From assembly GCA_965153455.1 (NCBI GenBank), contig OZ234494.1:3596001-3660000 (forward strand): 64,000 nt of DNA, read 5' to 3'. Source of the stretch: Sphagnum compactum (taxonomy: Eukaryota). The notes beneath the pieces were generated by a model, which did not search any database, was not told the DNA's origin, and saw only the letters and a list, made by a program, of their open reading frames with translations. Below, piece by piece: positions 10,841 through 25,050 of the stretch (position 1 is the first letter of the stretch; each line of letters starts with the position of its first letter). The position numbers and the translations under genes are program-made.

Positions 10841-12128
10841 GAGAGAATTACTGACCTATTGCTTTCTGGCTCTACTTCAATGCCTTGGTAGAGATGTGGG
10901 AGCAGTCAATGGCTTTTGCAGCAATGTAATCATTTGGTTTTTTGGGAAGATGAAGGAATTGTATTTTGGTTCAGATCTCTTCTGGTTTGTTCAATGTGGA
11001 TGGTGTCTGGAAGTATGAATGCTGGTCAGCAATATTGGTGACAATTTTAGAGTGGAAAATAGTGGTCGAGCACAGTTTGTGATGTTTCAGTTTCCAGCAA
11101 CATATTCAAACTATAGTTATCAACATTGCTGTAGTAGGCACATCCACCCACCCCCCCCTTCTCACTAGGTACTAGCACCTAAAGGACACCCTCCCCATGT
11201 GCAAAAGTAGTCTGAACTAGGAATCAATTGATCATTTTGGGAGAAATGTCCACCAGAAACTCAATTACTCCCAACATCTCCCTATTTTGACCAAAAAATT
11301 GGTCTGCAACTTCAAATTTTTGCGGCGTTACTGGAATTTACCTGTCTTAAGAAATTGCTGGGACTACTGCTTCAAGCAAATCTGATGTTTCAGGCAGCAC
11401 AGCTTTCTTTAGAGGATACAAGAATCTGCACTCCCATCCATGAAAACACACACTATACATTTGTAGGTAGTTCAGAGTGCCAACTGCATGTATAAAAAGG
11501 ATGTAGTTCTTTGAAGAATAGTTCGAAGATCACAAAAATTCTGTAAAGACATAAAATGATCAATAACAGTTTCTCACCAGAACACCACCACCTGTGAGCT
11601 TTGTACAGATCCAAGTCAGTTTTGACTCAAGGTTAATAATTTGCCTGACTAGTGATTTTCTTTCCCTGGCAGTTACAGAAAGGTAGAAAAAATAAATGGA
11701 ACCATCATCATGTTAAGCTTTGTTTACAAAACTCAACCCAGATCACTAGTGGGGGGGGGAAGCTTTCTTCCTCTTAACACAAGTTATGGTCTGGAATTCC
11801 ATGAAGATTATTGGCCCCTGAAGATGGGGAAGAACTGCAATAGGACCACCATCCAACCCAAGCACCAGTGTTAGATTTCTCTGAACATTTCAAATCTAGA
11901 TCCTACCATTGAGTTCACATCATCAGGGTCGAAATTCAACTACCACTTCTGCCCCAAAACAAACTTGATTATTTTGAGTTTTACAATAAAACTACATCTT
12001 CACAAGTAATCAACATAGGGTTGAGAGACAACTGATTAATAAGGTAATAGAGATTTCACAAAATATCACACTTATTAACCAGGAGTGTCACATGAGTCTA
12101 TGTCATACCTGATAAGTCCTAATGGGTA

Positions 12129-15100
12129 TCAACCTTCTGGAAGCTCGGACAGTGACCCTGGTGCAAATGCTGCATGCAATGCACGTGCAGCACAAGCCAC
12201 ACGTCTCCCATTCTGCATCCACATATGGTACATGAGGAATTCATGAACACCTGATGCCTGAGAACTAAATAACAGAGAAGTCAGCATTCCAGTTTAGGAA
12301 CAGGACACATGGGTTTAAGAACCATTCACAATAATGTCAATGAGATTGCAGAGAAGCTCCACAAAACACATTGAAGGTAATCTTTCTGTCAATTCTGTCC
12401 AGACCCAAACCATGACATGCAATGAGTATGGTCATAGCCTTGCTAGTGTCACTCACAAAGTGTCAGACCATTGCCTTCATCAGGAAAACTGTGACTACCT
12501 GCCAACACTGCTGCTGACTGTGACTCATCATCTCCCAACAGTGGCTGTAGATAACTATATAAATAATCTGTTGAAATAACTTAAAGTGATATAAAATCTG
12601 GTATCAATTCCTCAGTTCATTTCACATCTCTAGATGAAATTAGAAGACCCATTATGATACTGGCTAGTACATTATGAATGCCTGGAACCGCTCAATAGTA
12701 CACTGATGTCACATACAGAGGTCTGGACGGCAGATCACTGCAGTAACACGCCTTAAAATTCTGGGACCCAACAACTCAGATTTACCTGAGGATTAAGTGT
12801 GTGCATTCCAACAAAAATCAAACATATCAATCCTTGGCTCATTTCAAACTCCATGCAAATTATGTTCTCAGGGAGCAGAATTTCCATGTTCTTTCTTCAT
12901 ACAATGCAACCATTACCCACTGGAACATCACTCTTATTGGGGAGATAGACATCCATCATACTAATCTTGTTTGCAAACAACTCACCTTGCCAACAAGGCT
13001 GAGAATGAGGCGTCCTGGACTCTGGGCCCCCTTCTTTACCAGCTGAGATTGTAATGACTCGCGATAGCATCCTACACAGCAATCACAAAAAATCCTGTTA
13101 AAAAGACATCACAGAAAAGTGACAAGCTCAACAAAACCTAAGGAATTACTTGGTGGCCAAAGATGATGCAAAAAGTGACCATCACAACAGAGCATGATGA
13201 ATGGATCCACAACATGCCTGGCAGCAAGAACTGGAAGATGGAAACTGAAAAATCAAACAAAACATCTTCCTTTACCGAATGTGACATCAGGAAAATCAAG
13301 GTCAATCTCTGACAATGGACCTGCAATCTCCACCTGTATGAGTACAAAAAAAACTATGGCACATGAATAATGAGAACTGGAATCGGCAGAGATAAGAAAT
13401 GTTTTCAGGTTTTCCAACAGAGGAAATGTTTCTTTTATAAATTCTCACTACTTCCTCACATTGTGAACATTAAGAGACCACAAACAGACAAAGTCATGTT
13501 GTTCCTATAGAAATCTTCCCCACACTATTTGTTACTCACACAGGAGTGTTCATAGTAGAAACTTACATCTGGAAGACTGGTGCATAGACGCACACAGGTG
13601 AAGCATTGTGAAACATGGAATAGTTTCCTCTCTTTGCTCAGTTCCACCAAGCTTTTCCATTGCTCTGCTACCTCTTCCACAGTTGGCCCCAACAGCACAA
13701 ACACATTCCTACACTTTATCTGCATCCTTCAAACACTCAATTAGACACCAACAGATTTTGTTGCTCAATACAGCTCCAAATCCTTTTGACTTACCTTCTT
13801 AGAGCTGGAATCCCCATGAAAGACCAGCATTCCCCCACAAATATCTAAACCATTGACTGGCAATTAATGGGTGGCCTTATAGAACAGACTGGAGGCGAGG
13901 ATCAGTATAGCAGATACACCCAACAGTTTCTACAGAACACCTTTTTTGCACTAATCAATTGATTCCTTGAAATGGGCAGCCACATATGTAGGATCTTCAC
14001 CATATGGAAGACACAGCAGGAACCTTATTTCCATGCAGGTGAAAGTAATACGAGGAGAGAGGAAGGACGAGCAATTACCACTGGAACAGAACAATCTTGG
14101 AGATGCAGAAGCTCTGTGATGCCCTCTGGAAGCTTTGCCATCTGCAGGAACCCTCCATTCCCAAGCATTAGTACTGAGCAAGCTCCTATAATTTGCATTT
14201 GATCTCAAACCACCATGAGTAGTTTTTGAGGTGGAAATCTACAGAATACCTCAAAAGATAATGTTAGGAAGCAGCTGGGTTACCTTATTTTGATCACCAC
14301 TAAAATTAGGCCCTAGTGGTTGTCGAAGATCCTCCGCAAACTCTTCATCTGAAGCCTGTGTCAAGTCAAAGACTAACATTCAGGTTACACCTGAGTTTGA
14401 AAGACTAATCACACTGAGATTTAGATCCAATTTGCATCGCATAAAAGATAAGAAAGATTGAAATTTCTAGGGCTGATGAGAGTATTTGCATGCAGTAAAG
14501 ATAGACACTTAGACACTGCAAGATGATACAAACAGATAGAACAAAGATGGGACGGAGATCCATGGCTTTTAGAACCAAAAGAGTGGTCCACATGAGCAAC
14601 TAGCATTAATGATTTACCAGGCGGACACCAAAGGCTTTGGCCACACCTGCCAGAGTGACATCAGAATGAATTGGACCCACACCCCCTGTTATCAAAACCT
14701 GCACATCCTCTTCTCCTGTTATCACAATCCTCCATGAAAACAGTTCACTTTCACCATTACCATTGAACAAACAGCATCTGTAAATGGGTTTTTACTGAGA
14801 GCCATTTGAAAGCCACTACAACTTTTGTTCTGGTAGACATTCCATAACAGTCTTGTTAGTCTGTCCACATGGTTGCACCATTTTCTTAATCACAGCTGCA
14901 TTGCAAACTAGATGACAATAGATTGCCTTACGGAACACTCACAATGTCGCTCACACTTGCTCTTTGCTCAACCTCTTCTGAAATCGAGTCAATCTGCGAC
15001 ACAGAATCAATGTTTAAAGAGTTATTGCTAGATTGAGGACATCATCTCTGAGATTGCAGAGAAAACTCCACAATAACATTCTGGAGGTAACTATTATGCC

Positions 15101-18100
15101 AGCTCCAGGCAAGACAAAATAAACACAAAGTATCATGACCACCCATCTTTGTCATGAGTGGCAGTGACTAGCTGCCATTACTTCCCACTGACTCAATCAG
15201 CTCCTGAGAGTGAGTCCAGATAAGTATATCGCAATCTACTGAAAGTCTAAGGTCCTGAGTTTCTGTCATGTTTCCAGAATTAACAGGAAGACTCGGTCAT
15301 GATGTTGGCTAGATCAAGGACAACAGGAGATGATACTTTTGTATTTGGAAACAGGAAACTGGGGGAAGGGCAAAGGAGATGCAAGCATGGGAAGTGGTGG
15401 TGGGACAAGGGATCCACATGTTTGCTCAACTCACATCATTGGGCAACACAGTGCAGCGAGTGACAGCCCAGCCTATGGAGTATAGTGCCTTGCTCAAGTA
15501 CTTGCCCACCTGATCCTCCACTTCTCCCCTTCTGTTAAAAAAACACCCAATTACATGTCTGTTTCTATTACCATTATATGCAACTCTCTCTCCCACCTTT
15601 GCTTTGCTGTCAGTTTGTTACTCATGCTGAGGATAACTCCCTCTTGTTTCAATCTTTGTTGTTACAGTTATCAGTTGGAATTGGGAAGTAAATTCGCTAG
15701 CATATATTCACAACACAAAGAGCTTTAATGGCCTTTGCAGAATCAGCATTTGTTTATATTGGATTACTGTCAAACAAACCTAGACATTGTATGCCTATTG
15801 TTTTCTCTTGAAGTTTTACAGAGACCTCAGTCGACTCTTCAACAAACCAGCATGTTGCTGTTTTCTTAACATTTCTTCCTAAACTGATTTCAAGTAAATG
15901 GAATCAGGATTCAACTTTGAAATGTTTTATCATCAAGCTTTAGGGGAAATAAGGTGAGAGGAAGGCAAAATTGGAGCATACAGGATCTCATCTCCGACCA
16001 CCATAATTGATGCTGCAAACAGATTCTGTCCTGGAAGTTCACTAGCTATTCCATTTTCAGACTTGCTCCTTGAGACTTTCTTCAGCCTCCCTGCCCTCTC
16101 CAGTCGTCCATCCCGGAGAAGGTACGCAGGTCTGTATTTGTCCTTACTCTGTGCAGGCTCCTCGAGGTCCCCATCCAGGCTTGTATCCAGGGTTGATGTA
16201 TCATCACTAGAAATGCAAAGAGCACAGTTTGGTACTGTATCATGAATGCTCCCGATGGATGTATACCTGGGATACCAACAAACTATAGTGAGCAAAGTCA
16301 GTCCGTCACGCAGGCTCGAACTCTCAGGACAACAAAATGCAGTACAACTGAGTGTACCTCAGCCCCCTTGGTTGAGAATAATTCAGAGTAAACAGCAGCA
16401 AGCAACAAAAAAGGAAATAAAAGGTCTTACCCCTCATCATAAAGCTTGCAGTAGGGTACTTTGCATGCTAGTAGAAAGGCCCAAACATCTCTGATCCACA
16501 TCACCCACAAGTAATCAAGCCTGAAATTAACAACCAACTGGTCCCAAAATACAAGTACCCATGATTTTCAGCTCATCTAATCTTCAGAGGTTGCTCCTAT
16601 CAAAACAAAACAAAACAAAAAATTCTAAATCCAGTACAGCATTCACAGCAAAATAGAAGATAGTGACATATACAAGAGCAATTCAACTGATATTGACTAT
16701 TGGCTTTTCCCAATGTAGAATATGCATGGTTTTGACAGGGTGTTCCCTTTGCATGGAGTGCCTTCACAAGGCCTGTTTTGGTATCCTCCAGCTGATCCAC
16801 AAACAAGAAGAAAGACCAGACTAACTGTTTAGCCGAGCAGCTGAGCATGGTAGGTACCAGTTACCTGTATGACCAGTTCAGTATAGGATTCACACGCATG
16901 AAGGGGGGCCAGCCAGCTGAGCTTGGTGCAAACTCCTCCTGGCCAGCCTATGTAGTCAATCCAACGACCAAAGTTTACTCAGAATGGCAGCAAAAGAACA
17001 GGTCCAATGGATGAAGAACACCAACTCCAATGCAACATTCCACACCTGTTGGCAATTAATACTACTTGCTATTAATTTCAAGACTCTCTCACAAAAACCT
17101 TGAAGGGAGGGGTTTGTCAAAATATGTACTGCATTTGGGTCTCCAATCCGGGTGCCAAGAAAGATGGCTTTTATTGGCTTTTCTCTCAGCAGAGCCTCTA
17201 TCCCTGTCTTAAAATCCAGTCGTATAATTTCCATCTCCAAATTGTACCTGCTCCCAGTTATTATCAATCAGCACCCTCGCAAGGCTGAAGTACAATACAT
17301 ACAGACCATTGCAAATTGTGCCTGTGTCAGCAACACCATCACAGCAGGCATAGAAATTGTAGGGTCAGCATGTATTGTTTTAGCCGTCAGGGTTGCAAGA
17401 CTGGACACTTGATCATAGCACACAATGCAATGTTAAGCAAACAACTGGACAGTAAAACTGTATGAACAGTCATAGACATAGAGTTCACATGTGCTTCAGG
17501 ACCCATCTAGACCACTTAATACTCTCACAACTGTGTTCGAGTCAAGCTGTCGTTCCCTAAAAGTTGGGGTGAAAAGATTGGACTCAAAATTTGGAGCTCT
17601 GAAAAAACATTTTCCTTCAAACACCATGATGTCTGTGCTTGACAAAAGAACAAAAGAATGAGACATTCTACTAACAGTCAATTCAGAAATATCATCAATC
17701 GCAGATAACAATCAATCAATCAACGAGAGTGGACAAACCTGCAAAGCCAACAGGAACAACCACCTGTACTTACAGTTTTGCAGTTTCTAGAGTGAAGAGA
17801 TCAATTTCCGGGAACGCATGAGAACTCTCAAAATAGATTGTCCTTATAGGATGTGGCTTTGCAGCTTTTACTTCCGCAGAGGACACCACCAAACGTCCTT
17901 CAGCAACTGCATATCCAGCCCTCAACAAATGTAACAACACCTGCACCACTCAAGCCTGTCAGGTTTCTTTTGAAAAATGTACAAAAACCTTCTAGGACAT
18001 GCAAAGCCAATTCTTCATTACAGCAATTTCTTTTTGGCGAATGATATAAAGACATAAAATCCAAGCTCATCATGAAAAGGCAGAAATGGGTTGAGAGTTG

Positions 18101-19196
18101 TTCATAGGTCCTTTTTTTGGGTTCATGAGTAAACAAAAGCAAACAACTTTGTGGTTGATGGATAGGGTTCAAATCTCTTGAAACCAGAAGTGTAAATGAG
18201 CACAGGGGAAAAATCAGGCAAATGAACTCAGCACCAAATTCAGCCCTACAAAGTGGGCAGTCACATCATATTTTCAGTGGAGAAATAACAACATACCGTA
18301 GAGTCTTTACCACCATTGAAGCTGAAGGCAACTTCTTCAAACCTGCAAAATCACACCAAAAAATAATTTAAAAAAATGAAAAATAAAAACCCTCAAAACT
18401 GCTTCTCCAGTGCTTATTCTGCTTCAATAAAACCCCATCAATGTAAACACCAAAACCTAAACCAAATGTAAACTACAAACAAACACAACCCTGTTTACTT
18501 GACAAGAAACCAGCGAGCAGAGAATCAGGCAAGGAGTGGCAAAATTTTATAATTTATAAATTATAACAATTTACAAGTTTATTTATTTTTAAATTTAAAA
18601 TAAATAAGCATAAACATAAACCAAAAAAAAAAAAAACACAACCCAAGTTCCAACTTCCCAAACATGGAAACAAAAAAAATCTACTGAATTTTCCCTTTAC
18701 AATCAGCTATGAAACTCCACTGAAAAATACTCCACGTTCAAAACAACAACAACAAAATCATCATTGATGGAATTCAAGCAAAATTCTTCAACACACAATC
18801 CATGTATGCAGATTCTGCCTGCGGCACCTAGTTATGCAGCAAGCAGAGAGAAGAAAACTCCAAAGAGGTAGGTCCCCCAAAAAAATCCCGGAAAAAAAGA
18901 TACAAAAGCTAGCTGAAGTTGGACAAGAAAATTAGGGTTGAAGACAGAAAAACAAAACCAAAACCAAAACCAAAAGAAAAGACATGAAACAAGCATGACA
19001 ACGACAACAAGAACAAGAAGAGCAAAGCCAAATCCCATAGTTAAAGGAAGGAAGGAAGGAAGGAAAAACAGAAGGAAAAATAAACTGATACTGACTTGTA
19101 GAGGGCGAGAGTGCGGTCGATGACGTTCAGCGCATGCTTGAACTTTGCTTGCAGACGCTTATCGCCACTGTCCAGCACCTCACGACAGATCTCCAT
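12129..19196 (-). CDS. FAD synthase (PAPS-reductase-like FMN adenylyltransferase plus C-terminal MoCF/CinA-like domain), 16 exons
   Basis: Exons (minus): 19196-19096, 18342-18297, 17940-17774, 17247-17130, 16947-16865, 16490-16431, 16266-15982, 15531-15435, 14993-14943, 14698-14618, 14355-14284, 14141-14079, 13719-13567, 13333-13276, 13071-12986, 12212-12129. All introns are GT-AG and in frame. Motifs include SFNGGKDSTVLLHL, GTRIGDP, WPPFMRVNPILNWSY, GYTSIGS, ERAGR, VVGDEIL and GGVGPIHSDVT. Confidence 0.92.
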
Positions 19197-19799
19197 CGCC
19201 CAAACGCTCCAGAAAACCTCTCTCTCTCGCACTCCCTCTCACAAGCGCTCTCCCTCTCTCACACACAACTACGCACTCTTTCTCCTTTTCCATTGCCAAT
19301 GGTCCCCTTCCCCCCCCACTATCATCCACAGGGATAGAAGTAGATTTCATCCAATTGGTAGATTACATCCATACGGTACATTAAATTTCATTCAGATGAT
19401 AGGTTTCATCTAAACTCTATATTAAACTTCATCCATATGATAAGTTTCATCCATATAGTAGGTGTCATCTATGTAATGGGTTTCATCCATAGGATAGGCA
19501 TCATCCATAGAATATATTCTATACATGATTATGGAATAAAACATGAAACTCAGTTGGGGTTCATTCATTCATCCACAACTGAGTTCCATTATGAAGGTTC
19601 CCATTATGGAATGGATGATTGGTGCACTGGATGGATGGAAAATTAGAGCCCCCAGATTAGCGAGCTAATTAGCACTAATCAATTAGGTACTATAAACATG
19701 ATGTACGTAGGTCTATTATTTTTGTATGAGGATTTTTGAAAGACTATATTTTGGCTTTTGTTGAAACTTGAGATTAGTTAGAGGATCTCTTCTCCAACG

Positions 19800-20545
19800 G
19801 TGGTGCTCGGTATGTAACTCTGGATAGTAAAATTAAATGTCTAAGTTTAGCTGTCTTTGTTTTTGTTTTCTGGCAACCCCACCAATAAAACTCGAACTGG
19901 AACTGCATAGTAGTCATGGAATCCAACAGTGGTGCTCGGTATGTAACTCTGGATAGTAAAATTAAATGTCTAAGTTTAACTGTCTTTTTTTTTTCTTTTC
20001 TGGCAACCCCACCAATAAAACTGGAACTGGAACTGCATAGTAGTCATGGGGGACTGACTACTAATAGCAAACCACGTGGACCAATCATTTTGTGTTCGAC
20101 CAATCAGAAATACTGAGCAGCAGTCAGTCAGGTGTAATATAATATATCTTGAAGGATTTTTGGTCACTGGGTTTTTCACCTTGGAGGGAGGGTAATTGGA
20201 TCCTGGATTAGTAACTTGATTAGTGACCTGATTAGAGGATCTCTAACGGTGCTCGGTATGTAACTCTGGATAGTAAAATTAAATGTCTAAGTTTAGCTGT
20301 CTTTGTTTTTTTTTTCTGGCAACCCCACCAATAAAACTGGAACTGCATAGTAGTCATGGGGGACTGACTACTAATAGCAAACCACGTGGACCAATCATTT
20401 TTGTGTTCGACCAATCAGAAATACTGAGCAGCAGTCAGTCAGGTGTAATATAATATCTTGAAGGATTTTTGGTCACTGGGTGTTTTTCACCTTGGAGGGA
20501 GGGTAATTGGATCCTGGATTAGTAACTTGATTAGTGACCTGATTA
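19800..20545. repeat. Recent local duplication: ~120-bp block x3 and ~300-bp block x2
   Basis: ggtgctcggtatgtaactctggatagtaaaattaaatgtc occurs at ~19802, ~19931 and ~20248. The last two copies stay near-identical through ...gtaacttgattagtgacctgattag. Confidence 0.9.
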
Positions 20546-21055
20546 GCACTAATCAATCATGTTTAAGCCATGTATCACAAACTGTGTGAAGAAAGATTGG
20601 GATTAGGGTACAAAGGAAAAAGTGTTGTGGATGATGGGGGAATGTTTGTGTGTGTTGTTGCACGGGAAGTGACGCAGATTGTCGGTGTGAGAAGCTTTTG
20701 GAGCCCCCATGGAATTTTGTTTTTGAGGGGCTTTCATCTTGTGTGTGATAGAAGAAGAACAAGAAGAACAAGAAGAAAAGCTACATGATTGGGTTTCTTG
20801 CAAATTATGTTGTAGAGGAGGAGGAGCAAGAGGAGAATGGGTTGTGAAGAGCTTGCAAATCTACTGAGAGAAGAAGCGGAAGAAGGCTTTGCAGCCAGTG
20901 GCAGATTTGATTCTGAAAGTCTTTGTGGAAGCAGAAGAAGAAAAAGAACAAGAAGAACAAGAATAGCAACAGGAACACGAAGGAAAGCAGAGACTAGAGA
21001 GGAGGGTTTTTTGTGGATTTGAGGTTTCTCTGTGAACCTCTTCTCTCATCGGTCG

Positions 21056-22926
21056 ATGCCAGGTACTTCTACCTAGTCTGGGGAACTTGATGATGATGTC
21101 TTCTTTCTTCTTCTTCTTCTTCTTCTCTTCTTCTCTCTTTGGGGATGCTGTGATTTGAAGTTGATTGTTGTGATTTTGAGTGTTTGTATCTTGTTTTCTT
21201 TGAGGCTTTCGATCCTTGTTTTTTTTTTTTTTTTTTTTTGCTTCGAGGAATTCTGATCTTCTTCCCTTGGGGAGATGAAGTTATATCATGTGTGTTTTGG
21301 GTTGTTATTGTTGTAATCTGATTGCGGGTTGAGCTCTTGTGGGTCACTATCTCTTGAGGAGAAAATTAGGGTTGGAGAGCTTCACTGTTTTATAGGCCAT
21401 AACTGACTGATGCTAATGGACATGGATTTTGGAGGAAGCTTTCAAACAGGCACCAACTCTTCAGTGTGGATTGATTTGCAAGGGATTTGGAAGGATTTAT
21501 TTTTTTATTTTTATCTTTTAGGGGTGTAGAGGAGATAGATTGATTCAAGAGTGATTGGAATTCTGTTCATTGTTTGAATTATTAGAAGAAGAATTTTGCT
21601 ATCTTGTTTCTGTGAGAGTTATTACTTCCAGGATGAATTCAGAAGAAATGAAATACGACATTTTTGGAAGTTTAGGTCGTGTTTTCTTTCAAACCCTAAA
21701 TTTGAGATGAGCTTCCACAAGGGAAGAGGAAATACCAGATAGTTTTCTGAGAGACCCAACAAAGGAAGCAGATGTCTTACTCAGTTAGGGTTTTTTCCTC
21801 TTGTATGTGTAAGTGAGATTGTTGTTTTGTGTGTGTGTGTCTCTCTTAAAACTCTTGTTTGCAAATTGTAATTCAATTTTAATTTTGTTGTTTTCTTTGG
21901 CTTCCGTGAGTTATGTAATTTGAGTACAGTTTTGGGGTGTTTTGCAGGATTCACATCAACACTAGCAATGTGTGCAGCTGCAGTGGCAAAAGTTGGGGCA
22001 AAGTCAGGAGTAATCCGGCGCCAAGCTCTTTCCCTCACAGAGGCAGCAGCAGATCGGATCCGTCATCTTTTAGCTCTGCGGCAGAAGGAGTTTTTGCGTT
22101 TGGGTGTCAAAGTTCGTGGCTGCAATGGCCTCACCTACACACTCAATTATGCTGGTATGAGAAACACCATCATCTCAACTGTGTTAACAAGCACTCTGTC
22201 CCTCCATGTTATTCTTCATTCTTCTTGTGCCATGTAGTAGTGTTTGTTGTCAAGGAGTTTGTGTCTACTAGACATCCACAAGTGGCGGGTAGTGTTTAGG
22301 CTCCACCACCACCACTACTACCAGTTTCTAGGAGTTGTTTGTACTCAAACAATACCAATGAGTGACAAGCTGTATTGGGGGCAGCAGATACACGAGGCAA
22401 ATTTGATGAGATTGTTGAAGAGAAAGGCGTGAAAGTTTTGATTGACCCCCGAGCTCTCATGCATATAATTGGCACGAAAATGGACTTTGTAGAGGACCGT
22501 CTCAAGTAAGCTCCAGCTTCCTTTCCTTGAGTTGTTGTGGCTCTGTCAAAATGTAAACTTTTTTCTTCTTTGCAAGCAAAGACTCTTCTCACTCTTCAAT
22601 TGTCTTGTGGTGTGCATTTGATGTGCACACAATTCCACACAACTCTATCAGTATTGCATTCTCTGTTGGCAAACACGATATCTCTTTCTACTTTATAAGT
22701 CAGTGTCAATTGTTACCAGGTGGTTTTCAATCAGACAAATGGTGTTTTCTGGTGGGTGGGATTTGTTTTTCGAAAATTCCCCACTCGGATGGTGTTTTTG
22801 ATCTGATGCTTACTGAGAGCTTTTCTGTTGTTTTGTGAATTCCTTTTGTGAAACAGATCAGAGTTTGTTTTCATCAATCCCAACTCCAAAGGGCAATGTG
22901 GTTGTGGAGAATCTTTCACCACATGA
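21056..22926 (+). CDS. ISCA1: Iron-sulfur cluster assembly A-type protein (IscA/HesB, mitochondrial ISCA1-like); exons 21056-21062 (tentative), 21948-22154, 22388-22505, 22857-22926
   Basis: Motifs [38 protein letters not shown] and [18 protein letters not shown], with GT-AG junctions in frame. An alternative start ATG lies at 21968. Confidence 0.92.
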
Positions 22927-24419
22927 CTTTTTCCCACACACCCACCCAAATTCTTTCTGACTTCTGGTCAGCATGGTTCCAGGAAAAAAAAATGGACTGG
23001 TGGAAAGAAAAAAAGCAAGCAGCAGCTGAATGAATGACTTGAACTAGTAGAAGTGGAAGACAATTGTCTAACTCTTGGTGAAAGATCTCAGACTGTTGCA
23101 CAAAAAAATTTGCTTCTTTCTTTTTTTTGCTTTTAGTGTCAGCCTCTGCTGACAAGATCTGACCTTTCCCCCTCATGTAAATTGAGTTGGATATAAAAGC
23201 TGCAGTGATTTGCAGTCTTCGTACTTCCTTCTTGTTTCTTGTGTCTGGCAATCTGATGGGGTACCTAATTTTCAGATCAGAGAATCATCAGATTGCCTAT
23301 TTATGTTGCAAATTTGGGTCTTTTACCTGTGCTTCCTGTTCTTCGGAAATGTGCAGAATTTCATACTTCACAGGATTTTGGGTTTCTATAGATTGTGTGA
23401 TTTTTGTTCTCATATATGTCCTTAATTGGATGCTGTCAGTCACAAAAAATGCAGTGTTTCTTCATTTCCCATGTAAACAACCCTGCTGCCATGATCGGAA
23501 GTAGAAGACGTTCAGGTTGTCAATTGTCACACAGAGTCCACAAACCTGCATGAAAGGGAGGACCAGATAACCATCTTCCCTCCAATCCTTGTTGTGATGT
23601 CAGTTTGCAGAAGCAGCTACAACACCCAAAGACATTTGTCCAATTCACAGAAACTTTGTCAAATGGTCTTGGTGCAGAAGCAGCTACAGCTACTATAGAC
23701 ATTGTCTGAATCTTTGAAGAAAGTTTGATCTTGATGCAGAAGCAGATCTGGATGCAGAATCCTATCCTGCATGAATCTTCACTCTGAGAATGCAGATAAG
23801 AGTTTCTCTAAGAGTGTTGAATTTGGCTGAGGATGACCTTTGGGTGGCTGGTATGATCACCTCCACAAGATGAGGATCAGGTTTGGACAGAACCTGGAGG
23901 CATGGGAATGAAGCTATGGTGCTTTGTCAATGAGCTGGAGTCTTATCCAATGTCTCTTTGTCCCCTTGTGTGTTCAAGAGATTCTTTAAGTGATTTGGGT
24001 GTTGTGGCTATGGCACCCACAAGCTCAGTTCTGGTCATCTGTGGCTTCAATGAGCTGGACACCAAAGCTCAGCTTCAATGGCCTTCAGGAGGGAGCTTCA
24101 GGCAGATACCCAGCACAGCTATTGAGCCGGAAATGAAGCTCTGATGCTGGGGTTCCAGCTTGATTGCTTTTGTCTTTAGCTCTTACACGCATCAGCATCC
24201 TTGTGCTTCTGCAACAAAACTATGGTGGCTGGAAGAAACACAAAACCATCTGAGCATGAAGAAGATCACAGTGTCTGTCCACATCTTTTGTTTGCTTGCT
24301 TCTTGCATCAATTTTTTTGTCTGCAACATCAAGAGCTATGGATGATAACAAGCATTGGGGCTGGAAAAACAAACATGGCTCCTTGTGAAGCAAACTGTAA
24401 TTTACTTGCTTTCAGTAAA

Positions 24420-25050
24420 GATGATGATGCCATTGCAACTTTTTTTCTTGCTTTGGAAGATTTGTGTTTCTCACCAGCTGCTTGCTTTGTGAAGGTCCTT
24501 TGTGCTTGCTTTCACAAGTTGTAAAATTCTTTGTCTTCCATCTGCCAATGATGCTTCTTTCTTGCTTTAAAGATTTTGTGTTTCTTATGAGCTGCTTGCT
24601 TGGCATCCTTTGCACTTTCACAAATTCTTCGTTTTCCATCTGTCAACGCAGCTTCTTTCTTGCTTGGAAGATTTGTGTTTCTCATGAGCTGCTTGCTTTG
24701 TGTCCTTTGCACTTTTGCAAGTATTAATTTTTTTTGTTTTCCATCTGCCAATGCTGCTTTTGTCTTGCTTTGAAGATCTGTGTTTCTTCTCGTGAGCTGC
24801 TTGCTTGGCATCATCCTTCATGCTTTCTCAAGTTGTGAATTTCTTTGCTTTTTCATCTGGCAATGCTGCTATTGTCTTGCCTGGAAAATCTTTGTTTCTC
24901 ACAAGCTTCTTGCTTGGCATCCTCTGTGCTTTCACAATTTATAAAGTTCTTGTTTTCCATCTGCCAATGCTGCTTCTATCTTTGCTCAGAACGATTTCAT
25001 GTTTCTCACAGGCTTCTTGTTTGGGCATCCTTCATGTGGTCACAAAGTTT
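24420..25050. repeat. Degenerate tandem repeat, ~100-105 bp unit, ~6 copies
   Basis: ttttccatctgccaatgctgc...gaagatttgtgtttctca..agctgcttgcttggcatcct recurs. It gives rise to repetitive spurious ORFs. Confidence 0.85.

Noticed and set aside
12129-22926. FAD synthase and IscA as a cofactor-biogenesis cluster
   Set aside because: Two divergent housekeeping genes are readily explained by chance, and the sequence gives no evidence of co-regulation.
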